Part shown: positions 1 through 11,245 of the stretch, one piece after another
Layout of the letters: each line of letters opens with the position of its first letter
Position numbering within the stretch: position 1 is the first letter of the stretch
NCBI GenBank assembly: GCA_048013815.1
Contig: CM106585.1
Coordinates: forward strand, 14,260,001 to 14,324,000
From: Setoptus koraiensis
Taxonomy: Eukaryota > Animalia > Arthropoda
DNA length: 64,000 nucleotides
Reading direction: 5' to 3'
The notes under the pieces: model-generated
The model's database searches: none
What the model was told of the DNA's origin: nothing
The model's input: the letters and a program-made list of their open reading frames with translations, nothing else
Made by a program: the position numbers and the translations under genes

Positions 1-33
1 CGAGTTTTTTCGATGGACTCTCGAGCTTTTCTG

Positions 34-2325
34 TCAGAGTGAAAATAATTCAGAACTTTTTAGATCGCAAACTGCAACATTATTGTGATACCAGATAGAA
101 TCCATCCGAGGATCTGTCGAAAATTCGATTCGGGTAGAGTTAGCTAAGCTATAAGGCAAGATAAAATTGATGTGATTTGAGAATGTGTGGGCACTTACCA
201 AAGGTAAATTACCAAGCGTCACAGGGTAAATATCAGCGATTACGAAAGAAGTGTTCTCGACTTTCATCAAATCTTCTGATAAAGCCAGCAAGCAATCCAA
301 ATTGAATTTCGTCATTAACGATTGATGAACCATCAGACGCTGAATTGAGTGATAGATGGCTTGAAACTTAATACAGGAATAAAAAGTATTGCATGAGGAA
401 GAAATGAGCGTGAAAGGGTTGTTAATACTGAACTAATAATGAGTAATTGTGGAATTTGCCTATCACAACATGAGTTTCAGATTGGAACTAAAGATACCGT
501 GATCGACACGGTTGCATAGCTCGATGCTGATGCAGATATCAATTCAGAATGGCGTCAATCAATCTCTGTTTTGTCAGTCTCACCAATTCGCGACCGAGAA
601 TGCAAAAATACTTTAGAGGCTCTTAAACTGTCAAAATTATTTGCTATTCTCGCAATTAGCTATCGAGATCATCAATGTGTGCAAGATACTAACTTTTGGA
701 TGAAGGAGAGCAGTGAAACAACTGACCCCAACCAATGGAATCCAATAACCGGCGAAAATAAGTTGCAACACTTGAAGTTGTAGACTGTCCAAATCTCTCA
801 TTTTAATCATTGTGGCCAGAGTCAATATGATGCAGGGCATCCTGATAATAAGTTCTACATTCAACACAAAGGTGTAACATCGTTTTAGGTGATGCATAAA
901 TTCACGTAACTCTCTCACCATTTTGATGAATTTATCGATTTTCCTCGACAACATAACCAAATTTTGCTTGTTTTTTTCATCCAGTACATCGGCCAGAGTC
1001 GAGCTCAGCAGCCTCTTAGTTCCATTGTTGCTGATTACTTTGCTGATGGCTGTTATGATTCGCACCTCTTGGAAAGTCTTATAATTATATTTCAAATCGT
1101 TTTTTGTTTCTGTGTTTGTCTCAAATCTTCTCGGTATGGCCAGTGAATCTCTGCATTGTTTCCTATGAAGCCAGTATAATTCTGCCAGTTGCGAGGAATA
1201 AGTTATTGCATGCGTCGACTTACAATAAAAAGTACAACAGGCAGCAACAAGTTTGCTCAGATCTAGATATTCGATTACGCATTGAAGAACGCCCAGCAAG
1301 GCCACGGAGTTTAGAAAAAGGCGTTGACTGATGAACAATGTTACTGATCTATGACAATTGATAAATTCGAACGTTAGCGAAGCTCGTAGGTATAGCGATA
1401 ACGCGAAAACAGAGCCCACAGTGATAATAACATTGATGTAGCATAGCAGTCTGAATGTCCTCATATCCATCTTATGAAACGCGCCTGTCCGGCGAGTAAT
1501 TTTCAAAGGGTCAATTTGATAGTTGATCTCGCGAAATTCATCATCAAAATTAAATAGCATATCCTTGTTTTGTGTTTTCTCTGAGTCGTCCGAATGCAAA
1601 CTGGCCGATTCTCGACTCAAGCCCACATTGGCCATCTCAACTGAGTGACGCCTGAATTGACCGCTCAGACACGAGTTTTTTCTCGGTGCCATCTTATCTG
1701 TCGTTATACCATTTAAATCGTTCATGTCGAATTGGATGGAACGTTTAATCGTTTCGCGATACTTCCGATCTTTGCATTTGACTGCATTGGTTAGGCCGAA
1801 AATATGCATCCAGGCTCGCGGCGTCAATTGCAAAGATCCCAAGTAGGCCATAATCTCCACAACTGGATCTTTGTGAACATGCCTTCCATCTGCGACGATA
1901 GCTCTTACTATATTTCTCCAACGCATCACGTAAGCTTCTAATACTAGAAGCAGACCAACCTTGTTGACCATGCTGCTATATTTGAAAAATAGAAAAATAT
2001 TGTTTATCCAGTTCTGTTTTCTCAATTGCGGAGCCAGGATTTTGTTAGCGAAACCGTACGGCAAAACATGAGCTAATATGCACACTCCCAGGGCGAGATC
2101 GGCCATCAACCAGATCAGAAAAGCTCTTCCGTGTTTGCTCCTAAGATAAAACTTTGCTCGGTCTCGAGTTCTTTCGTATGAACTTTTCTCTGACTTGATC
2201 GAACTGTCTGATTTTCCTATTTCAGCCTGATTGTCGCCTCCGTTTAGCGATAAGTTGACTGCTCCGTTGATGAAGGCCGCAACGAAGATAAAATGCTGAA
2301 ATATGTTAATTCTGATGGAGTCCAT
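34..2325 (-). CDS. Gustatory-receptor-like (7TM chemoreceptor) gene, probably 2 exons: 2325..694 and 339..34
   Basis: The 562-aa ORF has several hydrophobic segments. A phase-0 donor AAA|GTTAGT at 693 and acceptor TTCAG| at 340 join it in frame to the 34..333 ORF. That ORF supplies a TM7-like stretch (SFVIADIYPVTLGNLPLVSAHTFS) of the kind that ends GR-family proteins. An additional 5' exon is possible. Confidence 0.45.
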
Positions 2326-4969
2326 CTCGCAGATAGAATGCCGATAAAGTATCGTTGCCTATCGATTGCTTCTCTTGTGCATTTCCGAAGAAAAAATTGT
2401 TCTGCATTATGCTTTTATATATGTGGCCTGACTTGGTTGAACTGACCCCAATCTGCCAGTCTTTGCTCCGCTGTAACTGCAATCTCCTTGGGTATTGTGA
2501 AATTGGTGCGTGAATGCCAAGATATATGTTTGATAAACACGTCAACTAACTATCTCCATTCGAAACTTGTTCGCTGTTTTTCGTAATTACAGAACCATTC
2601 GAAAAGTAATTGATCTCCCATAACTAGTGTGGCGAAAAAAAGCGTTTACACCGCATGTCTTTTGGGTGGATTTCATTCTAACTAATGCAAATATTCATTG
2701 AATGTATTTGACGCAAGCAGGGTTCAGACCCTTCTTAAAGTGTCTTATATTCCGAGTTTAGTACAGTAAACTACATTTGTTCCAGAATAGAGCACACATT
2801 TAGGCAAGGTTTGAATCCTTTTTGTTTCAAATACATTCAATACGCATGTGTTTAAACTCCGATTTTCTTAAACTCATTAAATCTCTTGTATTAAATCAGT
2901 TTTCTCCGCCACACTACTCATAGCAAAAATTTCATGTGATGTAAGCACGCAACATCATACGTGATCGGACTCAGCATATAAATGTTCAATTGTGTGGGGA
3001 TTGAGTTCATTATGGATCCAACCTAAAATAGCATTTGAGCATGTTCTCGACGGTCTAGACAATGTTGATTAATTAGAGTGACAACGTGTGTCATCATCAT
3101 CTTTCTCAAATGAAGGCTCTAAAGGCCACTCCAGGTTTAAAACACTGGGTCTCAATAGGCTTTTGGCTTTTAGAATAAAAACTATGGGTTTAGACCATTT
3201 AGGCGGCCGCACTGGGCGCAAATGGTTCAAATCCATGGTTTGAACCACTCGGAGCTCAATTTAATATCGTCCAACATTCGATGAAAGGGTAGAAACCCTC
3301 ATTTCCATCTACTTTCGTCCATGGTAGAAATGAATGAATGTAGACTTTAAACCATTGAATTCCCAACGGAACACCAGGACGACATATCGCAGTTTGTCTG
3401 TATTGTGATATAAAATGATTTAAATCATGATTTGAATGGTTCTCGATTCCGATTTAGTTTGGATCCAACGACATGAAAATCATTTCGTCGATCCGTTTTT
3501 ATTTCTAATTGAACAATGAGATGAAGTGGTGGTTCAAATTACCAAGGGAATGAGAAATTATTCAATCATTTCGTCAACCCAAAAGCCAATGTTTTAAACT
3601 GTTCGAAATGAACCAGCACAAAATCCACGATGATAGAAAAATAGAGACGCCTATTCTAATTCAAACTCCATCGATATGGCCCATTTCACTCCGCTGATTA
3701 TGTGCTAGTCTGATTGTGATCGATTAATGAAAAGACTCCCTATTGCGTGATAATAAAAGACTGAATACAAGTTGGAATATTGCAAGTGTAAAATCACGAC
3801 GAAATCTCTCACTTCCATTGTATTTTCCAATAAGATGATTTCGGACGGCTTCAAATTTTTGAAAAACGTATTAAATCATTAGAACAGCAATAAAGCACAT
3901 CGGGATAAATCCTAGCTGTTTATGTGTCATTTTATGCTGGATTTCGGCAGTCAGCGTATCAAATTATTCAAGAGAATCCAACTAATACTCTCTTGGCCAT
4001 GGATAAAAGCGGCGCTGTAGCTGACCATCATTATTTGTAATTGACGCGCCGCACGAAACAATAATGACGAATGTCTGTCAGAATCCGATCACACTGTGCA
4101 ATCATTGATTTATTCATTCCATAACGAACATGTAGCAATTATAATATTGCTGGTATGCTATCGCTCCATCCACCACTCGCTAAATCTGTATGTCGGCCTG
4201 TGAGCGTATCTATGACTAACTAATGGATAGATGTCGACAAAGCTTGGAGATATTTGTGTTGAAACAATGAATAACAATTGACAGCCACTAACATTATTGA
4301 GTGATTGTCGAGGTCAACAAGAATACACATCTTTCTGTTGGTTGCAACAGAGGGCTTGTTCTCGCACTAACAATAAATCTTGCCATCGACAACAAGTGGA
4401 AAAATCGCCCGCCCAAATGAGTGAGGCAAGCAGCAACAAACGGTGTTGTTGTTGCCGTTGTTGTCGAATTAAGCACAAGGTTACTGAATGTGGGTTTACA
4501 TTTGTTACTCACCCACTACACATGAACAGTACACACACTCTTTGAACTTATGATCAACATTCAAAATACTGTTAAGTTGTCTAGTTGTTGAGACCAGCAG
4601 CCTGAGCTTGAACTGAGTTTAGTTAGATAATAGTATTGAGCTGTTTGATTGAATTCTATTAACTTTCTCTTTCTGTATTGATCAATAAGCAAATGCACAT
4701 ATTTGCAGATAGAGATTCCTCATTTGAACAAAACCTGTGAGCCGATACGAACTTCTCGTGCAGCGTTCGTTTTTATTGATATCTATTATTGGCTTTGCAA
4801 AACAAAAACAACAGCATCTTCGAGTGATCAATCTGAATTATTACGTTTAGTTTCAGCAAGAAAATCCACAGCCAGTCTCTCTGTTGCCAGCAATAATTAA
4901 CTCAGCATCGACCGAAATTATCATCCGGCTAGCAATAGTGAAAGTGAAATAACTGAAGCTCTAGTAATC

Positions 4970-6355
4970 ATGGACGATACGAAGAAAAAGACAATTCTTT
5001 TTGTGCCTCTCGACTGCGTTGGACACGTCAATTCTCTCGTCAGTGTAGCTGAATGCTTGAAGAATCTTGGTCACCGAACCGTTTTTCTATTCATTGATCC
5101 CATGGATGGTGGATTGACGAAAATGGGCCACGAGGTCTACGATTGCACCACCGACGAGTTAATACAATCTGACCCCACCAACAGTCCGGGTAGCGAGGCC
5201 AAATGGGACGGTGTTGTCAGTGCAATGGGCAAATTGTGGCGCTCAAATGTTTTGGAGAATTTCATCACCACCACAGAAAAAGGCTTGTCTATGATGTCTA
5301 AAGATATAATGAAAAACAACGATCGCATTGCAGCTAAATTGGATCTTATTAAGCCTGACCTCATTATAATAGATCACTATTTCATCACGCCCGCCCTCAT
5401 TAAATGCAACAAACCTTGGGCGAGAATTTATTCGGCCAGTCCGCTTGCTTTGCACAAAAGCTCCGATAAACTGCCGCCAGCAACATTAGGTCTGCCCACC
5501 ATGGACTGGTATAAGGATGCCAAGTACGTGGAATGGAACGAAAAAGTCAGAGAGGTCAACTTAGCATTGCACAAAACGTATAACGATTATCTCAACAAGC
5601 AACATTCGTTGCCTGACCTACCCGAGGATCCGATAAACTTCATATATAAATCACCCTTTTTGAACATCTACATGTACCCCAAAGAGTTAGACTATGATCA
5701 TGTCGAGCAACCAGAAGGCTGGACTCAATGTGATTCAATTTTAAGGTGCAATCGTACAATCAAGACCGCGGCCGAAGAGGAAGAGGAAAACGAAAAATTG
5801 TGTCAATTGAAGGATGCGTTTGAGCTACCGGAAAATCTGCGAGACAAACCCGGTAAATTGATATTCTTATCCATGGGCTCGATGGCCACTGGCGATGTTG
5901 AGCTCATGAAGAGATTGGTGAAGATATTGGCCAAGTCACCGCATAGATTCATCGTGAGCAAAGGACCGAATCACGACAAATACGATCTGCCAGATAATAT
6001 GTGGGGTGAAAAATTCGTCAATCAATTGCAGATACTGCAACAGGTAGATCTTATCATAACTCATGGTGGCAATAATACCATCACTGAAACGCTCTACTAT
6101 GGTGTGCCTGGTATTTTGGTGTGTCCCATCTTCTCTGACCAGCACGATAATGCACAACGAATTGTTGAAAAGGGACTTGGGTATAAAATAAATCCATTCA
6201 GTTGCGACGAACAAGAACTATTGGACACAGTAGAGAAAATTCTCGCCGACAAAGAAATTTCAAGCCGAATCAAGGCCATTAGCGAACGAATGCAGCAACC
6301 CGAAAATAAATACAAGGCCATCAAGCTATTCATGGATCTAGTCAACAAGATTTAA
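4970..6355 (+). CDS. UDP-glycosyltransferase (GT1), cytosolic mite/bacterial type, intronless, 461 aa
   Basis: N-terminal ILFVPLDCVGHVNS with the catalytic His, and UDPGT signature WGEKFVNQLQILQQVDLIITHGGNNTITETLYYGVPGILVCPIFSDQHDNA. No signal peptide and no C-terminal TM anchor. Confidence 0.95.
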   Translation: MDDTKKKTILFVPLDCVGHVNSLVSVAECLKNLGHRTVFLFIDPMDGGLTKMGHEVYDCTTDELIQSDPTNSPGSEAKWDGVVSAMGKLWRSNVLENFITTTEKGLSMMSKDIMKNNDRIAAKLDLIKPDLIIIDHYFITPALIKCNKPWARIYSASPLALHKSSDKLPPATLGLPTMDWYKDAKYVEWNEKVREVNLALHKTYNDYLNKQHSLPDLPEDPINFIYKSPFLNIYMYPKELDYDHVEQPEGWTQCDSILRCNRTIKTAAEEEEENEKLCQLKDAFELPENLRDKPGKLIFLSMGSMATGDVELMKRLVKILAKSPHRFIVSKGPNHDKYDLPDNMWGEKFVNQLQILQQVDLIITHGGNNTITETLYYGVPGILVCPIFSDQHDNAQRIVEKGLGYKINPFSCDEQELLDTVEKILADKEISSRIKAISERMQQPENKYKAIKLFMDLVNKI

Positions 6356-9300
6356 CAACATTCATTATCGCAGTCTGTAACCGGAGCGAGTCCGGCTGTG
6401 TTAAATTCGAAACGCCAACTTCAGTTTTTTGTAGTTTGTCGAGTCTATACTCTAACCAGTCCTACTATTTGCACTGACTGGCCGAAACACTCACTTGTTA
6501 AAATCAATAAATGTTATTTTTGTCTTAACTAAAATGAAGGCCAATCATTCGAGTCCATTCTTTTCTCAGTTGCAGTTTCGCAAACATTCTATTTGAAGGT
6601 CAGCTAGCATTTTTGCAACGGCGAAACAGTAGCAATCATTAGTCTTATTGGTCATCGTGACAAGGTCTCAGCTCAAACGAACTCCCAGGTCAGAATCGAA
6701 CGATCATCGATAGGTATTGTTGAACTCGTTCATGACCTGACATTTCTGATCAAGTAGTATTGTATTGAAGTATTCAGACCAATCACATTCGGACTATGAG
6801 CGTTGAACTCTTCCTTAGCAATCTATTTGTTTCATCGGAAAACAACGAATCTAGACTTTTCCTGTGATAAAAATAGAAATATAATATTTTTTCATCAATT
6901 GTCCGAATTCGTTCAATCCTAGATGCTGATGGAAAACGTCAATCAATAATTTGAAGAAACCACAAAATTTTCGTAAAACGATCTCCGAATCTCCATCTCA
7001 ACAGACCGAAAAATCCAGCCTCTGTACTGTCCTTATTGTTTAAGTTATCCCTAATTATCACCTTTGCCTCTTTGGAGAATGCAACACTGATCGCATTTTA
7101 TCTGTAAGTTTCGAAGAGCACAGATTGCCTGCTATGTAATTTTGCAAAAATCTTGAATTGATATCCTTGGATTTATTCAGAGAAAAGAAAAGGGCCAGAA
7201 TTGGATTTACGTGCAGTCGTTGCAATCCGAAATATGGCATGATGAGCTCGATGGGCTCCCAAACTATTCTGGTTCATCTTCTTGCAAGCAACTGGACTCC
7301 GGTGATCCATTATTCCGAGTGGAGACTCACATTTTGAGACCCAGAATTATTTAACGGGTGTCACGTACGAACCGGATATTCATGCAGGATCAAGTAATCA
7401 TCCCAGGTGGCTGAGCTACCCTTACAATGAACTAGTCACATTGAGACTGTTTTCGCCGAGATGTGCCATGTGAGCACTTTGTCCATTGGCCCGTCAGCAA
7501 TCCGCATCTTTCAGACTCGCTCATTTCTAGACTGCAACAACGACACTCATACTTACTTTTGCTGGCCCAAACCTAGATCTCTATTTTATTTGCATAGTAG
7601 TAATAATAATGCTGACAATCACTATTGTTCAGCGGCTTGTTGTTAACGACAATTGTTTCAATTACTTCACAGCCGGAGGTCTTTGCAATAGGATGAAAAA
7701 ATCGCTAGAGGCAACAAAGGACGGGCCTGTCAAGCGGCTGGGACGAGTGCACTGATTTTTCCGTGAGAAATATTTCGCTGAATTGCTGGCTATCGTCTGA
7801 GATGATTTTCCTGATCACTGATGAGCGACTCGATCCGACGGCTAAACAGGGCTGAAGGTACAGCCATGGGCGTAAAGGCAATTTGTATATTTATGATTAG
7901 CTAACAGTTGTCATTCATAGCTATATGACAACATAATGCAGTTGTTGCTACTTCGTCCATGGCTGTTTTTTCCCACTTCCTTCCTTCGTATTCTTGCCTG
8001 CTTTCCGATTAGCCATCAATTTTTCTTACAAACAAAATATTTCCCTTGATCCGAAAAATGCATATCCAATGTGCTTTCATCTTGGCTAAGTGACTAACCA
8101 AATATTAATTGATGGTGATACAATGGCAGGAAATGTAGTTTATCGGTCGCAGCACAGAGCTAGTGCTTTCCGAGAATCCAATTCCTTGAAAGAAGAGCAA
8201 TTGCGCGGCTAAATGTGATTTCGTTCTTTCAGCACAATATAAGGGAGCCATTATAGTAATATGAATCAAAACGTTTATTTCAGTCGATAAAACTCAACTA
8301 ATTCGACTATTAATCAGCTAATTTCCATTACAACCGGCAATAGCAATACACCAATATATGCATATTTATACAGATACTGACTTAATGATGTAAATTGTCT
8401 CCATCGTCCACAGTGGCAGAGCGAATAAAGACGCGATTAGGACGAAATTGACAAATCGGTATAGAAAGGTACGCGGTTGTTGGTTGGTTTTGGTTGGTTT
8501 GTTGTTGGCGAGCGCTACAACAAATGATGCATAACTGATATAACTTTTTTGCTTGCACTCAGCATCAACATATTCTGTTAAGTGGCGCCAATGAGCGGTG
8601 CATATATTGTTCACGCATATTGCACCTCTCTACCATACATATATTATATGTATTGGTATTGTTATTTGTTTGTTTGTTTCAATGTATGTCCTCATCATCA
8701 AGTTGTGATAGATCTATATAGGACATTTGGTCTTTGTCGTAAAGTAAATCTCGATAACGGATACAATTTAAATTTCGCATTTCAACTGTCGTTATCTTTG
8801 CTATCTGTCGTAAAACAAGCGCATGGTTGCTGTTCATCATTTGTCTGACACATTACACTACAGATTACAAACTATACAAATTCCTAGCGATGAAAACACA
8901 AATAAGTAGAGGTAGTGTGCTGATGAGCGATTCTGGTAGAACAAAGAACGAGAATACACGAAAACAAGGTCGCAAGAGATCCTAATCAGATGCAAAACAA
9001 ACATTATCTGATACTTGAGTCTATCTAAACACTGATATTGCACATAACATGATACTGAAAATGGGCTCTTTGTCTTGTGTTGATCACCAACTGGTCGTGT
9101 TGCATAGGTAAATAGTGTGATAATGTTTGTATACAAGCTTTATCATTGACACATGTAACAGTAGCATATGTAACGAATAAGCATCCATTTCCGAGCTCAT
9201 CACAGATATCACTGATTGTAATGATGGAAATGACATAACATTTTAAACAAAATTCAATCAACAGTGTAACCAACTACTTGGCTGCTTGGTCACACCGCCC

Positions 9301-10014
9301 AAGAGATCATTGTTGTTACTTATCTGATTCCAGACTAGGTTAACTCTGTCATCATCATCATATCTGCTACGTAAATATTTATCACTATCGTAATATATTG
9401 CCCAATAATATGTAATATTGGAACGATGGTGATTAATGTTAGGCGGGAACTGTCAATAAATGTGATCTAGTTATCAGTCTAGTAAGTCACAATTGGTCTA
9501 GTCGATAAAAGTATAACTATTATAAGTATCATTATTATTATTATTAGCAATAAGTGTAAGCAAATAAAACGAACAAGTGTAATAGTGACAATAGACAACA
9601 ACAGTATCGTCCAAAGTATATATAATATGGCATATTATTTGCAATAAAATACTGTCTATTGTCCTAGTGATATTAACTAGAAAAAGTTGTCGTTGAAAAT
9701 GTGACGCCAAGCGATCGGAAGCAATCCTGAGTATCATGTATACCTGCTCTAGACTTGGTCTCTTAGATAGGAGCCGTCAACTGAACGAAGAGCAGAAATC
9801 TGCCGGAGAAACAGTCTCGTCGCTGCCAACAGTCACCAATCAGACGCCGACAAGTCAATCAAATGTTGCAACCAATAACTTCCTAGAGAAACAACAATCC
9901 TCAACTAGTGCAATTAGCTTACTACACATCAAGACTAACACTACTGTCAATAACAACACAAAACAAATCAACAGTAACATTAGTGTCAGCAGTGACCCAG
10001 AATTACAAAGCACG

Positions 10015-11026
10015 ATGGCCGGTGGAAGTGGTGACAAAGATGTCTGTTACCATCATTTCGCCTTACTGTGTACTGATGAACAATTAAAAGAGAAATTGTC
10101 GGACGCTTTATTCGTGCTGATCGCTGGTGCAACGAGTCGCGTTGAAGCGCATTCAAAATATTTAGAGCAGTTAGATTTATTCAAAGACAACAATTGGAAA
10201 TTGGAGCGTCTAACCAACATATCAGGCTCACGGTTTGATTTATTCAAAGTAGGTCCAGTTCTTTTGGCCAACCATGGAATTGGCAGCGCCTCAATGTCGG
10301 TGGCCATGCTGGAGATACTGCTCATGTGTAGGGCTGCAAATCGATTGGACAAGATCACTCTGATTCGTTTTGGCACATGTAAGTATATCAATCTATTATT
10401 GCATATCTGCTGCTCCAAAGTTGTCACCTTCAAGATACACTAAACTAAATAGTATCTCATGCCTCTTGCTTTTAGGTGGGGGTATAGGAGTAGAAGCAGG
10501 CACAATTTGTATCACAAACAAAGTGTTTGACGCTCTATTCAGAAGTTTTGTTGATTGGCCGATATGTGGCAAGGTCGTCCGTAGGGAGTCCATAATAGAT
10601 AGTGTGACTTGTAATAAACTATTGGAACTAGGCCGATTGTTGGAGAAAGAAGAAAGAGGATGTGATCCGAATTCAAGCTTTCAAGTAGTTTCTGGGGCCA
10701 CTATGTCTACAGATGATTTTTATGAGGAACAAGGGCGTACAAATGGTCCAATGTGCGATCATAGTTTAGATGATAAAATGACCTTCTTGAATGAAGCTCA
10801 ACGGATGGGCGTAGTAAACATGGAGATGGAGGCCAACGTATTGGCAGCGATATGTTATAAGTTGAATGTAAAACATGCAATTGTTTGTGTCGCATTGACT
10901 AATCGTTTGATTCAAGATAAAATAAGTGTATCACATGATGTTATCCACGGTGACTTTGAAGTCAGACTATTCAAACTAAACGCTAAGTTTATCCAACACA
11001 CGCTAGCTACACAAAATGCTATCTAG
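10015..11026 (+). CDS. UPP: Uridine phosphorylase (eukaryotic UPP type), exons 10015..10378 and 10476..11026, ~304 aa
   Basis: Motifs NHGIGSASMS, RFGT|CGG (restored across a 97-nt GT-AG intron at 10379..10475), DDFYEEQGR and NMEMEA. The frame is open upstream to ATG 9736, so a longer low-complexity N-terminus is possible. Confidence 0.88.
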
Positions 11027-11245
11027 TACCGTATTTTTTTCAATCTTCTCCAATCCATCCAGCATAATTATCCAAGCAGTATGTGGTTAATGTGTTAGAT
11101 ATACTTAGTGTCGTCGATATCTATAGGTAGATAATCAAATAATAAAAATTTAATTAAACTCCATGAGTTTTGCTGATTCTCTCAATAGTGAAGGTAAACA
11201 TTTGTAGATTTAAGACTATGACAAATAGTGTGATCTTGCTATTCC

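Noticed and set aside
2306-2545. 79-aa ORF overlapping the start of the GR-like gene
   Set aside because: Different frame, no motif, and no convincing splice join identified.
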